In this document: one piece after another, positions 23,801 through 39,217 of the stretch
Layout of the letters: every line of letters begins with the position of its first letter
How positions within the stretch are numbered: position 1 is the stretch's first letter
Source of the DNA: Moniliella sp. 'wahieum'
Lineage: Eukaryota
NCBI GenBank assembly: GCA_003971905.1
Contig: RSEE01000132.1
Location: 1 to 64,000, forward strand
Direction of reading: 5' to 3'
Length of the DNA stretch: 64,000 nt
Made by a program: the position numbers and the translations under genes
The notes under the pieces: model-generated
What the model saw: the letters and a program-made list of their open reading frames with translations, nothing else
Told to the model about the DNA's origin: nothing
Databases searched by the model: none

Positions 23801-24833
23801 GGTTGGGCGTGCTCGCATGGCCGAGCTGAGGGCACGTCTTCTCCTGTCCTCTCCTCGCCCAGCACGCCCAACGACGAGGAAGAGGAAGATGGATCAGCAA
23901 CGCCCAAGATGACCGCCTCGCGTTCCTTGGTGGAAGAACGACGGGCTGGGTCGCCACCGGGTGGATCCAAGTTACTACCTCCTCCGGACCATCCTTTGAA
24001 CTTACGTTCGGCGCTGCGCAAAACCCCTTCGCCAGTCCCGTTTGTCGATCCGCTTCAAGCCCGTTCCACCACGCCTACCGAACCACGAGCCCGTACGCCC
24101 TCAACCGCCTCGGCGCACGACGACCCGTTCGACAAGTCGCGTGGCGCTGGCCGCGTCGCCCGCTTGGCCGGCCAATTTGGTGCGCTGAGCCCCCCAGGCG
24201 GGAGCGGGAGTGGGAGCAGCGCGCGCAAGCCTCCCCCTCCCTGCTCGATCGGCCGGACAGCCTGGGATCAGACGTGTATGTGCCAACGTCCAGTCCGGAG
24301 ATGGGCAAGAACGCGCGTCTGTACGAGCGCGAGCGCGAAGCGGCTGCGCGGCGCGACGAACTCGATCCCGAGCGCGAAGAGGCATCGGCGTTCATTGGCG
24401 ACTTTATGCAGCGCAATGGGTCCACCACGCTCGGTGCCACGTCCGAGACCGAGGAAGATATTGTCCTCCACCGTCCGACCGCCCTGCCCCTAGGCGCTGG
24501 ACTGGGACTCAGTGGTCTGACCTTACCCACCAACACGAGTACGAATACGAATACGAGCACCAGTACGAGTACGAGTGCGAACCATTCGCTGGCTGTGCCG
24601 CCTTCGCCCTCTGCCTCGTCTTCACCTCGTCCTCTTCCGCTGGCATGCGTCCCAACTCGTTCGACGCGCCTCGACAGTGGCGCTTCACCACCGACCTCCC
24701 GCCCGACGAACAAGAGCAGCTCATGATGGAGGAAGACGAGGAGGATGAACCTGTGTTCCGCGAACGGTACCAGCCGGTCAACCGCTCCACTCGCTCGTCG
24801 AGGCCGACGAAGAAAGTTTGCGCTCGAGCATGA
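20893..24833 (+). CDS. Msb1/Mug8-like (RhoGAP-fold) protein with a long disordered C-terminus; intron ~21547-21664
   Basis: VCGAQLRQRALDTPLIFS; NPNDLAALIKWSLSR; LLTLFSLLSSTVSYSLKNGMTPSRMGRTFGPLLF...EHLLLAYIR; family assignment by recall. Confidence 0.6.
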
Positions 24834-25630
24834 CAGTGCCTCATTCAGCTTGCGCAGGATGGCACGTGCTTAGATCCAGCCTTCACTCCCACTACTGCTG
24901 CTGCTGCTCCTCCTCCTCACCTTCCCTCCCTCGCACCGACCAGTTCATTCGCTTCTCAGATCTCCGAGGTGGGATCTCAGATCTCGTCGTTCGCAGCGCG
25001 ACATCGACAGGGCAACCAACTTTCTTGTGAGCCCCGTTCCCCCCTCCTCCCCTCCCTTCCTCCTTTCCTCCCTCTGGCGGGCCCGACGGATGTGTTTTTC
25101 TTTTTCTTTTTCGTTTCTTGTGGCCCACATCCCCATTCGTCTGTCCATTCCGTCCATTCATCGATTCTTTCTCCCTTTCAGCTCCGCTTCGCCCTTCATC
25201 GGTGAATTGTTGTTCGATGTTGATGTTCATTATCATGATCTTTCCCTTCCTTCCTTTCCTTTCTTGCTCCCTCTCTCCACCACCCTCCTTTGCCCTACCC
25301 TGTCCTGTCCCATTCCGTCCTTCCCTGGTCTGTCCTGCCCTGGTTTGCATGATCTACCCTGATTTGCCTGGATCTGCGCTGTTCTTGTCTCGCTCCGTTG
25401 TGGCCTGCCCTTCGTTTGGTGTCTGCGACCTGCCTGGAGCATAATACCCTCACCCTCTCCTTTCCTCTGGCTGCCGGGCTGGGGGGGGTCTGAGAATGCA
25501 TCTGTGTCCCATGCCTTGTTTGTGCTGGTTGGCCCTTGCCTTTGCGGGTGCTTACCCTGCTTGGACGTAACACACAATGTAGTTCCAACGAGAGAAAAGG
25601 GAACCGAGGCTGGCTGCATTAGCGCCGAAC

Positions 25631-27006
25631 CTAGGCATGACGCATCTGCAGCGTAGCCTCGATCATGCGCCAAAAAGAAGCGGCCAACTGCTTGTCGGTG
25701 TGACGTTTGGCGGTCGACCACCAACTCACGTACGGCCAAAGCGAGATATTTTCCTGCCGCGGTTCGTTGTGGTACCGCACGTACAGGCCGAGGTGACGCT
25801 GGAACAAGCGCTTCGGATCCTGCTCCTTGTACGCTTTAAACTGCCACGTTTGGCCCGTGGTGAAGATGGCTGCCACGCGGCTCCACGCGTCCGAAGGCGC
25901 ACCCGGTCGCGACGGCCCAGCTAGCTTCTGAAGAGCATCCACATTGTCCACCACGAGGAACCGCGTCGGTTTCGGTGCTTGACCAGGCACGTTGGACCGA
26001 GCAAAGCTCATGGTATGGCTAAGTGTAACCACGGTCTCCGACGCCGCGCGCTTCGCGCCGTGCTTGGTCCGGGTGCACAAACACGCTTCCTCCAACAGTT
26101 GCTTGACATTAAACATATTGACCAACGCCGTAGGCGAATTGGACAAAAGTAAAATCGGATCCTGAGCACGCTGTTTGCGCACCAAGCCGCCCGCTGGCGC
26201 ACTGCTGGCACCGGCGCCGCAACAACTTCTTTCGCACGACCCATAACCAGCTTCCATACTTTCCAGCCGATCCGCAATCGTCGTTCGGAAATGAGAAAAG
26301 TCACTGGTCTGGGTCCAAAACTGCGTACCATGCGCCGCATCGTTCCGGTTGCGCGGCACCATCTCCACTTCGCTCCGCAGTTTCTTGACAAACACTTTAT
26401 CCGCCTCGTCCGGCACGTACGTACGTTTGGCCGCCGTCGGGGCGGCAGTTGTCGTTGTTGCGGTCGCGGTCGAAGTCGCTGGCGCTGTCGAAGTCGAAGT
26501 CGACGTCGCTGTGTGTCGCTGTTGCTGGGCTGGCGCGGGGGGTCCTTGTCTTTCACCGCTGCGGGCGCGGAAGAAGGCGGGGGTCGTCTCCTTCTTCTCA
26601 TCGCCTGCGAGGAAGCACGCCATCCCATTCCGCACCTTGCCCAGCAAGTACTCCAAGATCTCCGCGCGGTAGATCAACTCGAGACGGGCGACCTTGGCGG
26701 CAGCACGGAGACGGGTGTAGGTGCCGCTGGACTCGTCTTTGGTCCGAAGAGCAAAAACCAACGCGTCTAATGGAAGCAGTCCATCGGGCTTGGAGCTCGC
26801 CGAACCATCGCGCGCCGAGGCGCGGGTGGCGGCAAGCCGGGTGGGCTGCGAGGCGGGGAAAGTCACTTCGCCCGTGGGCAGCTGGAGGCGCACGTGGCTC
26901 GCCTGCTCAATCGCATCGACGGGCTTGCCATCAGCGAGGAGCGTGATGTTGCTCAGATCGCCCGTGGCGCAACGGCAGCGCGAAGCGCGTCCAGGGCGTC
27001 AGCCAT
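25631..27006 (-). CDS. CDC73: Paf1 complex subunit Cdc73
   Basis: DPILLLSNSPTALVNMFNVKQLLEE; RFLVVDNV; WSRVAAIFTTGQTWQFKAYK; KRHTDKQLAASFWRMIE. Confidence 0.9.
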
Positions 27007-27268
27007 GGCCGGCGAGAGGAGACGAGGGGGGATGGTGAGCAGAGCAGAGCAGAGCAGAGGTCGCCGCTGCGTCGCCGCGTCGCCGCGCTGGATTCGAGTC
27101 CAGCGACGACCAGCGGGGATGGATTTCGCATTTTGTTTGGATTTCTTTTGGGAGGAATTAATTGTTTGAGCGGGGCCGCTTTTTCTTCGCGGATTGGGCT
27201 ACTGCGTACAACCGCTGCCTTGCTTTGCGCTGCCCCCACCATCTTCGCTCTGGCTCTCTCCGTTTCCC

Positions 27269-29520
<2,252 letters not shown>

Positions 29521-31170
29521 GGAGAAATGCACGTCGTGGAAGTGGAAATGGAGGGAGAGGAGTTGAGTGTGAAAAGCTGGTAGTTATCAACTAGAGAGTC
29601 ATTCGTACAGCCGCATACACACTAGGCTAGCCTTGCGAACCCACTGGTGGCCAATGGCGACATGGTGGCGGGTGTTTTCAGACGATATCAATCGGCATTG
29701 TCATGATGCAGGGAGGGCCCCGGATTGGAATCCGAGACCCTATGTTTTCCTTTGGAGGAGGACTGGGTTGATCGAAGCCGAACATCACTGTGGCAGATCC
29801 GGACGGAGCTAGTAGAGACGAGACGACTGGCTTCTCAATTGGGGCGTCGGCTCGCGTGACAAGGTTGCGTATGCACTGGAATGAGCAAGACCACTAATAG
29901 CGTGTGCGGGCCTCTGTACAGGCTCTCGAAGCCTGATGAAAGGTTGGCCGGAAGTTTGACACAGCGCATAGTAGACAACACAAGAACTGAAAGGAGGAAG
30001 GTATCGAGATCGGTGGCTCCCAGAAAGGAGTTCAGACCAACTAAGGAAAGGTTTCCACACTCAGCCAGGAACGGGAACAGCCAAAACCACTGGAAATACC
30101 CAAGGTAAAAGGCAGGGTCTCTGCCCTCAGCTAGAAACGCAGGAAAGTCATGAAAGGGGAGAATCTTACAACGAAATGAGTTGGAATGTGAGAAAACTGA
30201 CGTCCATATCCGGATACTCTCACCTGAGATCTCACTTGCGTGTTGGGACTCAGAAGCTCTCACCCAAATGGATCACCTTTTAGCCGCACGAAAAAAGGAC
30301 TCAATCCTAGTAGTAGTTGCATATTTTAGATCGATAGGAACATGATGCTCCCCGTTTGGATACAACGGAGTGCATGGGAGTTTGTTCATCGTTCATCAGA
30401 CAAGCCATCACGCTCTCTCGACGTAGATATAACCCAGGCAAAGGAAGGAGAGAGGATGGGCTCGACCGGGCTCGACCGGGCTCAGCCACCCGCCGTTGCG
30501 GGTCACAGGCACCGTGCTCGATATCCTATACGGGGTGCTACTCCGACTCCTATGTAATATACACTTCCGCGGGCATAGGTGTGTCCGGTGCCCAACCACC
30601 TCGCAGTCATGAACTTGCTGGTGTTGCGTTGTGGATTAGTACAGTGGCAACCAGGAGATCAATGCGTATATATGAATGTGGGGTTGACGCCGTGCCGACT
30701 CCCTCAGATTCCACACTACGCAAGGGGGAAGAGGGGGGGAGGGCACTTCGTTCATAATGCGCACAGATCATCCTCTCTCGGGCTCCGTGGACTCTTTTCG
30801 TCAGCACCCCAAGGTTAAAGTGTAGAATATACACTTCCGCATGTCCCTTATGATGGTCACCCATACTGGGGGTTCGTGAGTAACATCCGTCAAGTATTAG
30901 TTACTCTATTGTATTTCATCTGTTGTATTCATCAGCTGTTGCTCTCTTAGTGCGGCAGTGATGTTTTCTCCTCTGGTATACTATATCCAGCATTTGTGTT
31001 GAGACGTGCACAGACTTCTGACCTGAGCGGAAAGAGTCGATGCACCCTTGAGGTGTGAGATGTTTTTGCATCTCTGAGAACCCCCGCGTGACTCTTTTTG
31101 CTGCTTTCTATAGGATACAGGGGGGCAATCCGAGGAGATGAGGCTGAGAGAACAATAACTGTGATGAGGT

Positions 31171-31178
31171 TATAAAAG
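31171..31178 (+). promoter_or_regulatory. Putative TATA box upstream of the F-box gene
   Basis: TATAAAAG 160 bp upstream of ATG 31331, followed by a pyrimidine-rich tract. Confidence 0.45.
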
Positions 31179-31330
31179 AGGGCAGCTGACGTTCCACGCT
31201 TCTCCCTCCCATTGCCCTCTCTCCGTCGTCGACAAAACCAAGCCAACAACCCATCCACCACCCTATCTCGACTTTAACCCAACTCTCGAGCCACGAAAAG
31301 AGGACTTGTGCAAGAAAATATCCTCACCAA

Positions 31331-33269
31331 ATGATCCTTCTCCGTCTACCGTCTTGCATTGTCGTACAGATTCTTTCCAGCCCCCAGCCCCCATGTGGAA
31401 TTGAAAGACCTAACTGCACTAAGCAAAGCCAGCCAAGATCTCCACTGTTTGCTCCGTTCGGAAGACATGTGGATGAGCCAAAGAGGTGTTCCAAAGCCGC
31501 GAAAGATAATCGAATGGCAAAAACAGAACCCTCGTACTCCTATGATTCTCCTCCGTCTGCCTCTTGAGATTGTCGCGCAGATCCTCTCTAGCCCACTTGT
31601 GTCTGTCAAAGATCTAGTAACATTGAGCCAGGCCAGCCAATCTCTCAATCGTTTGCTCGACTCGGACGAGATTTGGAGCACACGCGCACACCAAACTTTC
31701 GTTTCACCCGACACATCGCTGGAGGCGGTTCAAGATGAGGACGAAACGGGAGGTTATATGCATTTTGCGCGCAATTGGAAGGCACTCGTCCAGCTCCATT
31801 ATTTGCAACAATACTATCTTGGTCGCCTACCTCATGGTAAAAAGGGTCGTATTGCTGTGGTACCGGTACAGCGGTTCCAGCACCTCGTCCACGACGTCCA
31901 GCCTAGTAATGCTGACACTAGGATGCGAATTCTCGGTCGCATCGTATTTTGGCGCTTATTTCCAAGGGAAGCAGGGTAACAACACTTAATCTGGATTCGC
32001 TGGATGTGCTGTGGACGCGAAATCTCCAAGTGGGCGAAGATGTTTGTGTTACCTCGCAATACCTCTTCAGTTTTGCTTCGGATGCACCAGGTCAATTGTA
32101 CCGGAGTGGTTCCAAGAAAGGGGTGTACTCTGACCCAGTTCCTTTGCCGCAAGAGATGGCCTGCCTGCATTACACCAAGGCTGAGCTTGGGGAGGACCTG
32201 CTGTTGGTGTCCCCGGAAGCGAGCCAGGAGGTGTTCTGTTACGACTTGAAAAGTGGAAACAGCATCGTGCTTCATCCCCTCTCAACGAAGAGGTATTAGA
32301 AGCGAAGGTGGCCACGTTTACCCATGATGCCGAACGGGTGTACGTGGCAACGGTGAGGAAAACTTTGGAGGCTACTGCATTGTGGGTACTTAACTTAGTT
32401 GAGTACCGGTGCGCGATTCATTGTTTTTCGCGTAACGGAATCTGGCGATGGAAGGTGGAAGTCCCTTTGCTTGGGCGTGATTTCCTACGGAAGAGGTTGA
32501 CCAGCCCCTCCGCCAACAAAGGCTGGAGGTATTTTTTCTTCAACGTCGTACGAGTCACCTGTTACAGCGTCAGGCAATGGCTGGGTTATGGCTAAGTGAC
32601 AGTAGTGACGACAGCAGCACGTTCTGGCAGCCAAGGGTTGTATTGGACGACACCATCCGGGAGGCGAGGAAGCGCCCCCTGGCTTATGTGAGGGAGGCCC
32701 TCAGTCTCTCTTCCCTACCTGAAACACTAGCCCACAATCTGCCTCAATCTGTGAAGTACACGGATCCGCCGGTTAGTATGGGCCTGGATAACAAGTATAG
32801 AGTTTTGGTGATTGCATATGCGGGGGGGCGAATTGTGCTGCTCAATCTGGACGACAGAAGCATGCGCTCGGTGTATGTCCATTGTTTCTTTGACAGGAGA
32901 TCAACTTCTCCTCGTTTATCTGTGAGTGATGGTCGCGCTGTGTTGACCCTTGAAAGTATCTGCATTGCGCTGGATTACTCGTTTGCGGGTGGTGCAAAGC
33001 AGGTACGTGTCTACCCTCTGACGACCAGGCGCTTGAACCTTCGAAGTTCTGTGGTTGAGCAAGGGTACCTCTTCCCCCGTACCGTTGCACACGATCTTAA
33101 CGCGGATGCATTGCCCATCGAGGATGCCGAGTGCACCTCGTCGGCAGTCTATTTGCTACAACGAGAGGGGGACGGCTTCCGGCTCCGAACCTACGACTTG
33201 GTTGCCAGTGCCAACTTACGGCTCAGACCCGACCTCTGGGAGATGTACGTGGAGATGTACGAAGGCTAA
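31331..33269 (+). CDS. F-box protein with two tandem N-terminal F-boxes and a beta-strand-rich C-terminus; frameshifted
   Basis: MILLRLPSCIVVQILSSP..LKDLTALSKASQDLHCLL..EDMW and MILLRLPLEIVAQILSSPLVSVKDLVTLSQASQSLNRLLDSDEIW; continues through ORFs 31949-32299, 32308-32595 and 32577-33269. Confidence 0.72.
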
Positions 33270-33783
33270 TCGCGGAAGAGCTACACATCTCCTGGATCCC
33301 GCAAACAATACGGTTGATGGGGGAACGTGCAACGTTGACACCGTTGTCGTCTCTTATGCTTTAAGTTTTGATGGCGAACTGGTGCGATGCAGATCGAGAG
33401 ATCTGCTGCTGGGGAAGGGGGCACGTGGGGATGATTGACGTCACTGCTGCTGCTTCTATTTCTGCTCAACCTGTGGGTGGACATGGGTTCAAGGAACCGC
33501 GTGTGATGAAGCTACTAGTAGTAGCATCCTTTGGAAAACGTACTCGGGCATTGGTTATAGTCATTTTCAGTGACGCTACAGCGCGATTCGCTTAGGAAAC
33601 GGACAGTTCTATATTCTACCGCCACCACCTCCGACGGATCCTGCTGCCCTTCATGTCCCAGCAGCTCCATATCAAGTTGCCATCGACAAGTAGAGCGCCC
33701 GTGTGAGAGGCGCGACAGTGGGCTGCCACACCAGCGACGCGACGTGCACAGGCACGGGCCCACGCGGCGGAGGAAAGCGGCGC

Positions 33784-36700
33784 CTAGGGGACTTGAAACA
33801 TGTGCAGTTTCAAATCCTGAAGCGCCTGTTCGTAGCGGCTTCTCTGCTGGGCCATAGCCTGAACCAGCATCTGTGGGGTAGCAGGATGCGACGTTGGTGG
33901 GCGCACACGTAGGTGCGTACCAGAGGGGCATGCGGTTGGAATGAGGCCATGACCATCAAGGGGTAGGAGCCGAGCAGGTCCTGGGGCCATTTGCGTTCCT
34001 CCGACGGGCCGGACACGGAGCCTGCGTTGGTTTCGCCCATGTGAGTGCGCAGCACGTCCGGATCTGGCAGTAGCATCGCCTCGGCGAGAGCGGTGCTCAT
34101 AAATTGCAGTACCAGATGGTTACGGTCTCTTTCGGCGAGCCGTTGAGATTCAGACAGCGTCGCAAGAGCCGCGGTGAATGCCGTTTCGACTTCGACCCTG
34201 AGTATGCTCTGTTCCGCATAGTTCGCATACGCGTCAGTTTCGCAGCGTTTGCGTGGGGGGTGGGGTGGGGATACGCACAAATTGTTGTATGGCCTTTCCT
34301 CTCCAGTTTGAATTTGGCAAGAAACTACTGGGAGGCGAGCGACCGGCGAGCAAGTCAAGCTTCTTGCTTTGGTCGCGGAGCAAGCTAACCATGGTCATGA
34401 TGGAGTTACAAGTCCTTGGGTGCTGGCTCCATCGCTTGATCACCATGGAGGGTAGAGTCGAGGTGGGCGCGACCTTGGCTGAGACGCCAAGCACATGCGG
34501 TGTATCGAGAAAGACAGACATGAACTGTCTCGTTGGTAAGAAGAGGGCGAAGCGAAGCAGAGGAAACTCCGATGTAAGATGTGTGGGCCAAGAAAAGTCC
34601 GTCTCCGAAAGCGAAAAAGTCCTGCGCACCGCCGCCTTCGCCCGCAGGAGCGGAGGGAGGAGATGGGCATCCACCAACGCCTGACTGACGTACCGGATCA
34701 CTTCGCATCTGACAGCTGAAGGATCCACCTTGGGATGGCCGGTGTTCGTCCCAGGTGCCGCTGCATTTGGCCCAGAGATTCCCTCTTGGAAGGGGGTCAG
34801 TTAATCTTCCAAGAGATTAGGAAAGAGGACGTACAAACAAGCAGCGCACTGGTCCTCCAAAGCAGCCACCTGCTCGGAGGTGTTGCTGTGGCTTGATGCA
34901 TGGAAAGGAGCTGCCTTGCTTTCGGACGATAGGGGCTTCGAACCAGGTTCACATTTAACAGCCGGGTGGTGGGATTCGGGGCGTGAAGCGGGGGCGATGT
35001 GATTTTTTGGGTGGTAAGTGGTGGGCCATCAGAGGAGGGGTCGCAGGGCGGAGCAGGATCAGTGCGGGCCCGTTTGTGTGAGCCTTCCATACTAGGTGAA
35101 GAAGGATCAGAGCGGGGCCGTTTGGTTTTTCTTCCGTGTTCGGTTGGGGGGGGTACGTGTTGGACGCTACGAGGATAGGGGAGCCCTTAGTGATCAGTCG
35201 GAAGATGACCACGTCGAAGCTGAGTATTTCGAGGAACGGGCCAACGCAGCGGTATACACCACGGACCTGCGCTGGCTCCAGGCGATGGGAAGAGTCACTG
35301 TGGAGATAAGCTTGTGCCAGCCAGCCGATGGGACTCAGCGGGTTTGTGTGTAGCAGAGGTAGTACTCGACCAGCTCCTGGGGCCAGCAAGAAGTATCGGC
35401 TCCCGCCTGCGAAAGCGATTGTGGAAGCAGCGTTCCTTTCATCCTCTTGGCAAGGACTCGGCGAAGTTCTACGACATCCTTGTCATAGGACAGCGACAAC
35501 TCCGATAGGGCGTGGTTGAGCGAGACCTGGGTTGGGTTAGAACACAAACATTGATGGTGGAAAGGTGGACGCACAAAATGGGTGTGAACAAGCTTTTTCC
35601 ACAAGACGATGTTTGGCATGTCATGGGAAGCAGGGGGCCAAAGGGGCCCTACCTGCGATGGGGCAAGGCTGGTTATGATTGGATGGATGGCCATGGCCAT
35701 GCGCATAGTGGTGTTGATCGTTTCTGGTGTGATCTGCCAGACATTGAGATACCCCGGTGGCACAGGCTAAATGCAGGAGACGCCCACAAATGGGCGATAA
35801 GGTTACCGGCTTGGTCGAGGAGCACGCTAACACAGCCATCGAAAAGGGACGGAATGTGGCGAGGCTGAGAAGGGGATATGCGTTCACTAACGACGCCGGC
35901 CACTTACGTTGAGGTGGAGCCTTCGGGGAGGCAGCAACACAACCATTGCACTTGCGCACATTAAACGCATCGAGCTCTCTTTCAGTATCTGCACTGGAGG
36001 AAGAAGACCCATTACCACCAACGGAAGCGACGCGCTGCCCCACAAGTAGTACCATAGCATATTGTCCCGAATAATCTGCTTGTCCAGGTCACGCCTTGAG
36101 TCTTGCGCCGACAAAGATCGTTGGGAAAAGATGCCGGATTCGATAATGCCCGCATCGCGCGGAAAAAGAGGCGCCAACGATGTTTGAAGAACACGCGTAT
36201 TCTCCTGATCAGACCGAAACATGTCAGTTCATCCTTACTCCATCCTCATCCGTATCCCAATCAACAGTAGAGGAATACTTACCTCGATAATACCTTCAAT
36301 GCGGGCGAGCGCATCCTTGTAACGCGTACACTCATCATTGCGCGACGGCTGGTTTTTCTCCAGATTAGACGATTGGAAATCATAGTCGGGCGGCGACTGT
36401 GGCTTTGCCTGCTTGGGGCGGTGACGCTCCTCCTCCTTTAGATCCGTGACAGTAGAGGGTTCGTATGACACGAGTCCGCTGGGAAAGGGTCATCAGCTTT
36501 TTTCCTCTGGGAGCGCGTCTCAACGTCTTGCGAGTCGCGATTACTGGACTGAGACTCATCATCCCACGTGCGTTTTCGCCCCTTTGGGGGCTCATGCCAT
36601 TCACGCTGCCCGCCCCTCGCGGCCATCTTGGTACCGTTCAACACGTTCGTATTCGTGGCCCCGTTGTTCCCGTTCAGAACGCTCGCGCTCATTCCGTTTC

Positions 36701-39217
36701 ACCGGAACATGCTCACCATCCGGCCACTCGCTCTCCAGATTTCCCGTGGTGCGGTACTCCTTACCCTGCCCCTCCTGCTTGACAAGGGTGCGGTACTCCT
36801 TGCCCTGCTCCTCCTGCTTGACACGTACAGGGTCCTTCTGCTGCAGCTGCAGCTCCTTGCGGGCGTGCTCTTGATTGGGCTGCTTGCCATTTGTGCGGTG
36901 TGAGTTGGACTTTGGGTCGGAACGGTATGCATCCGGATTCTCCACTCGCCGCGAAAGGGGGGCGGAATTGGAACGGGAAACAGTTTGGCAGCCGGAGTCC
37001 GAGTCGGGATCGGATGAAGAGGATGAGGATGAGGAGATGAGGATGAAGAGGATGAGGAGGATGAGGAGGATGAGGATGAAGGATAGGATGAGGATGAAGA
37101 GGATGAGGATGAGGATGAAGAGATGAGGATGAGGAAGATGAGACGAGGAAGATGAGGACGAGGAAGATGAGACAGGAAGATGAGGAATGAGGAGAAGAAG
37201 AAGATGATGATGATGATGATGACGAGGAGGAGGAGGAGGAGGAGGAGGAAGATGATGATGACGGGGGGGAAGGAGAGTATGCGCGTTCTTGTTTAATGTT
37301 TCGGAGCAATGGAGGGGGAGGGGAGACAATGGGTTCTTGTTGGATCTGGGGTGGGGGCGACATGTGATGAGATCGATGAGGCGAGGGGGGAGGTTCTTGC
37401 TTGATCACAGTTTGGCCTTGACGCGATGGGCACAGTGGGGAAGGTGGGCCAGGCTCTTGCTTGATGAAGCGGGGATGCGATGAGTGGGGAGGGGACAGGG
37501 AAGCGGTGATCGTCGGCGAGTGGGAAGGGGCGAAAGGGTGGGGAGATGTAGCGCGGATCGGGTCGCGAGTGACACTGGATGCGGGAACGGTAGCGGTAGC
37601 GGCGCAATAGGGCAGGGGGGCGGGGGATGGCTGGGATGGGGTTTGATTGGTAGAATCGGGGTGAGTAGAGAGGAGGAGGGCGGGTGCGAGCGTGGTAGTC
37701 GGCACAGACATAGACACGGGCCGGGACATAGGCGTGGCAGTAGATACGGCCGGAGTCACGCGAGAGAGTGGAGTAGTACGCGAGAGCGGAGTAGTACGAG
37801 AGAGTGGGAGGGAGCTGGAAACGACGGGTTCAGAGGGAGCGCTGGCAACGGAAGCGGGCTGACTTTGGGAGGTGGAGGCGACGCGAGAGGGGTGGGACTC
37901 TGTGTGGGAGGGGGAGGCACTGGCCCAAAGGGTAGACCGCTAGTAGCAGTCGGATCTCCCGCACCGCCGCCTGGGCAACCATGCTAGTAGAAGGGTGTGC
38001 GCTCCAGGAGGCCAGAACAGCGGGGTGGAGGCCCTCTTCGCTTTGCGCAGCCAGTCTGCGCCGGAGAAGAGGCGGACTGAACTTGGGCAACCGGAGGAGC
38101 GGGTAGCGTTCTTGCATCCCCCTTGGCCAGTGGTCCCCGATGTCGAGGGGAGGGGGAGGAAGGAATCCTTCGCTGACGAGGTGAAGGAGAATCTTGTGCA
38201 TTGCTACCGCCGCTACCGCCTCAACGCGGAGTGTTGGTACCCACTGCCAGCAACTCATTCGCCAACATCTTGCCCAGGGATAGAGCGGCGAACACCAAGC
38301 CTTCGTCCACCAGGCGATCCAGCTTCAGCTCGTTGTCGGCTGAAGGCTGAGCCGAAGGGGTGACGCGGGAGTACGATGCACACCGAGAATTTGTGTCGAC
38401 GCTTCCGATGTGTCCCCCACGTTGGCGCACATCGCCGCACGCATAGGGGGAAGGTTGGGTTCAACATCGAGAGAGACGCGAGCTCCAACTCGTCCTCCAC
38501 CCCCCCGGGGGGGAATTAGGAGGGGAAGTCAAGGCAGAATAGGTAGAGCCGACCTCCAACGCATCTTCCTCTTGGTTCATCCGCGGAGCGTGCACACGAT
38601 CGTGCTCCAAGGCTGACCGCACGGCCTCCACGTGTCGGTTAAGTGTCGGCTGGAGGTAGGAAGATAGGTGATGTGTGGGTAGAGGAAGGCGGCGCGGACA
38701 AAAGAGTGGTGGGGAGACAAGAAGCGCAATAAGGAGTAGCGGTCCAGAATAGGAGTGTTCCAGGGTGAAGCGAGGGTGGCAAGAGGAGGTACGAGGCCAG
38801 CGCGGTTAAGGGCGGCCATAGCGTGAGCCGCTGCCTCGTCTTCAGAGGTGTCACTCCGGGTCCGGAGGGCGGCTTCGATGGCGAGCCGCATGACCTGGAG
38901 CGCATCCGCCACACCAGATGCGGGCATTGCGCCGTCGTCAGCTGTGCGCTGCCAATTTCCAACGGAAGCTGGTGGTGATGGCGATGGTGGCAAGGCTGCC
39001 TATGGCCTTCAGCGCGGTGAACGCCTGTTGTACCCGCACACGCGACAAAAAAACTTCGGGCATGCTTCGTGGGCTTCAAAGTGAAACTTGGATCTTCCAC
39101 AGCGGCTTGGATGAGACGGTTTAACGATTTCGGGTTACCGGCGGCAACTGACAAAAACGACCATTTGCACACATGTACTGTTGTCCAGGACAGCTCCAAA
39201 GCTCTGTCCTGCGTCAC
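33784..39217 (-). CDS. Large orphan protein (possibly two genes) with six divergent repeats and a central low-complexity linker; 5' end uncertain
   Basis: Chain of overlapping minus-strand ORFs; in-frame intron 36205-36282 (GTAAGT..CTGAC..CAG); recurrent WPxxLxxxYPLL motif. Confidence 0.55.
37013..37262. repeat. (GAT/GAG/GAA)n trinucleotide low-complexity tract, probably poly-Ser on the minus strand
   Basis: gaggatgaggatgaagaggatgag...gatgatgatgacgaggaggaggag. Confidence 0.9.
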
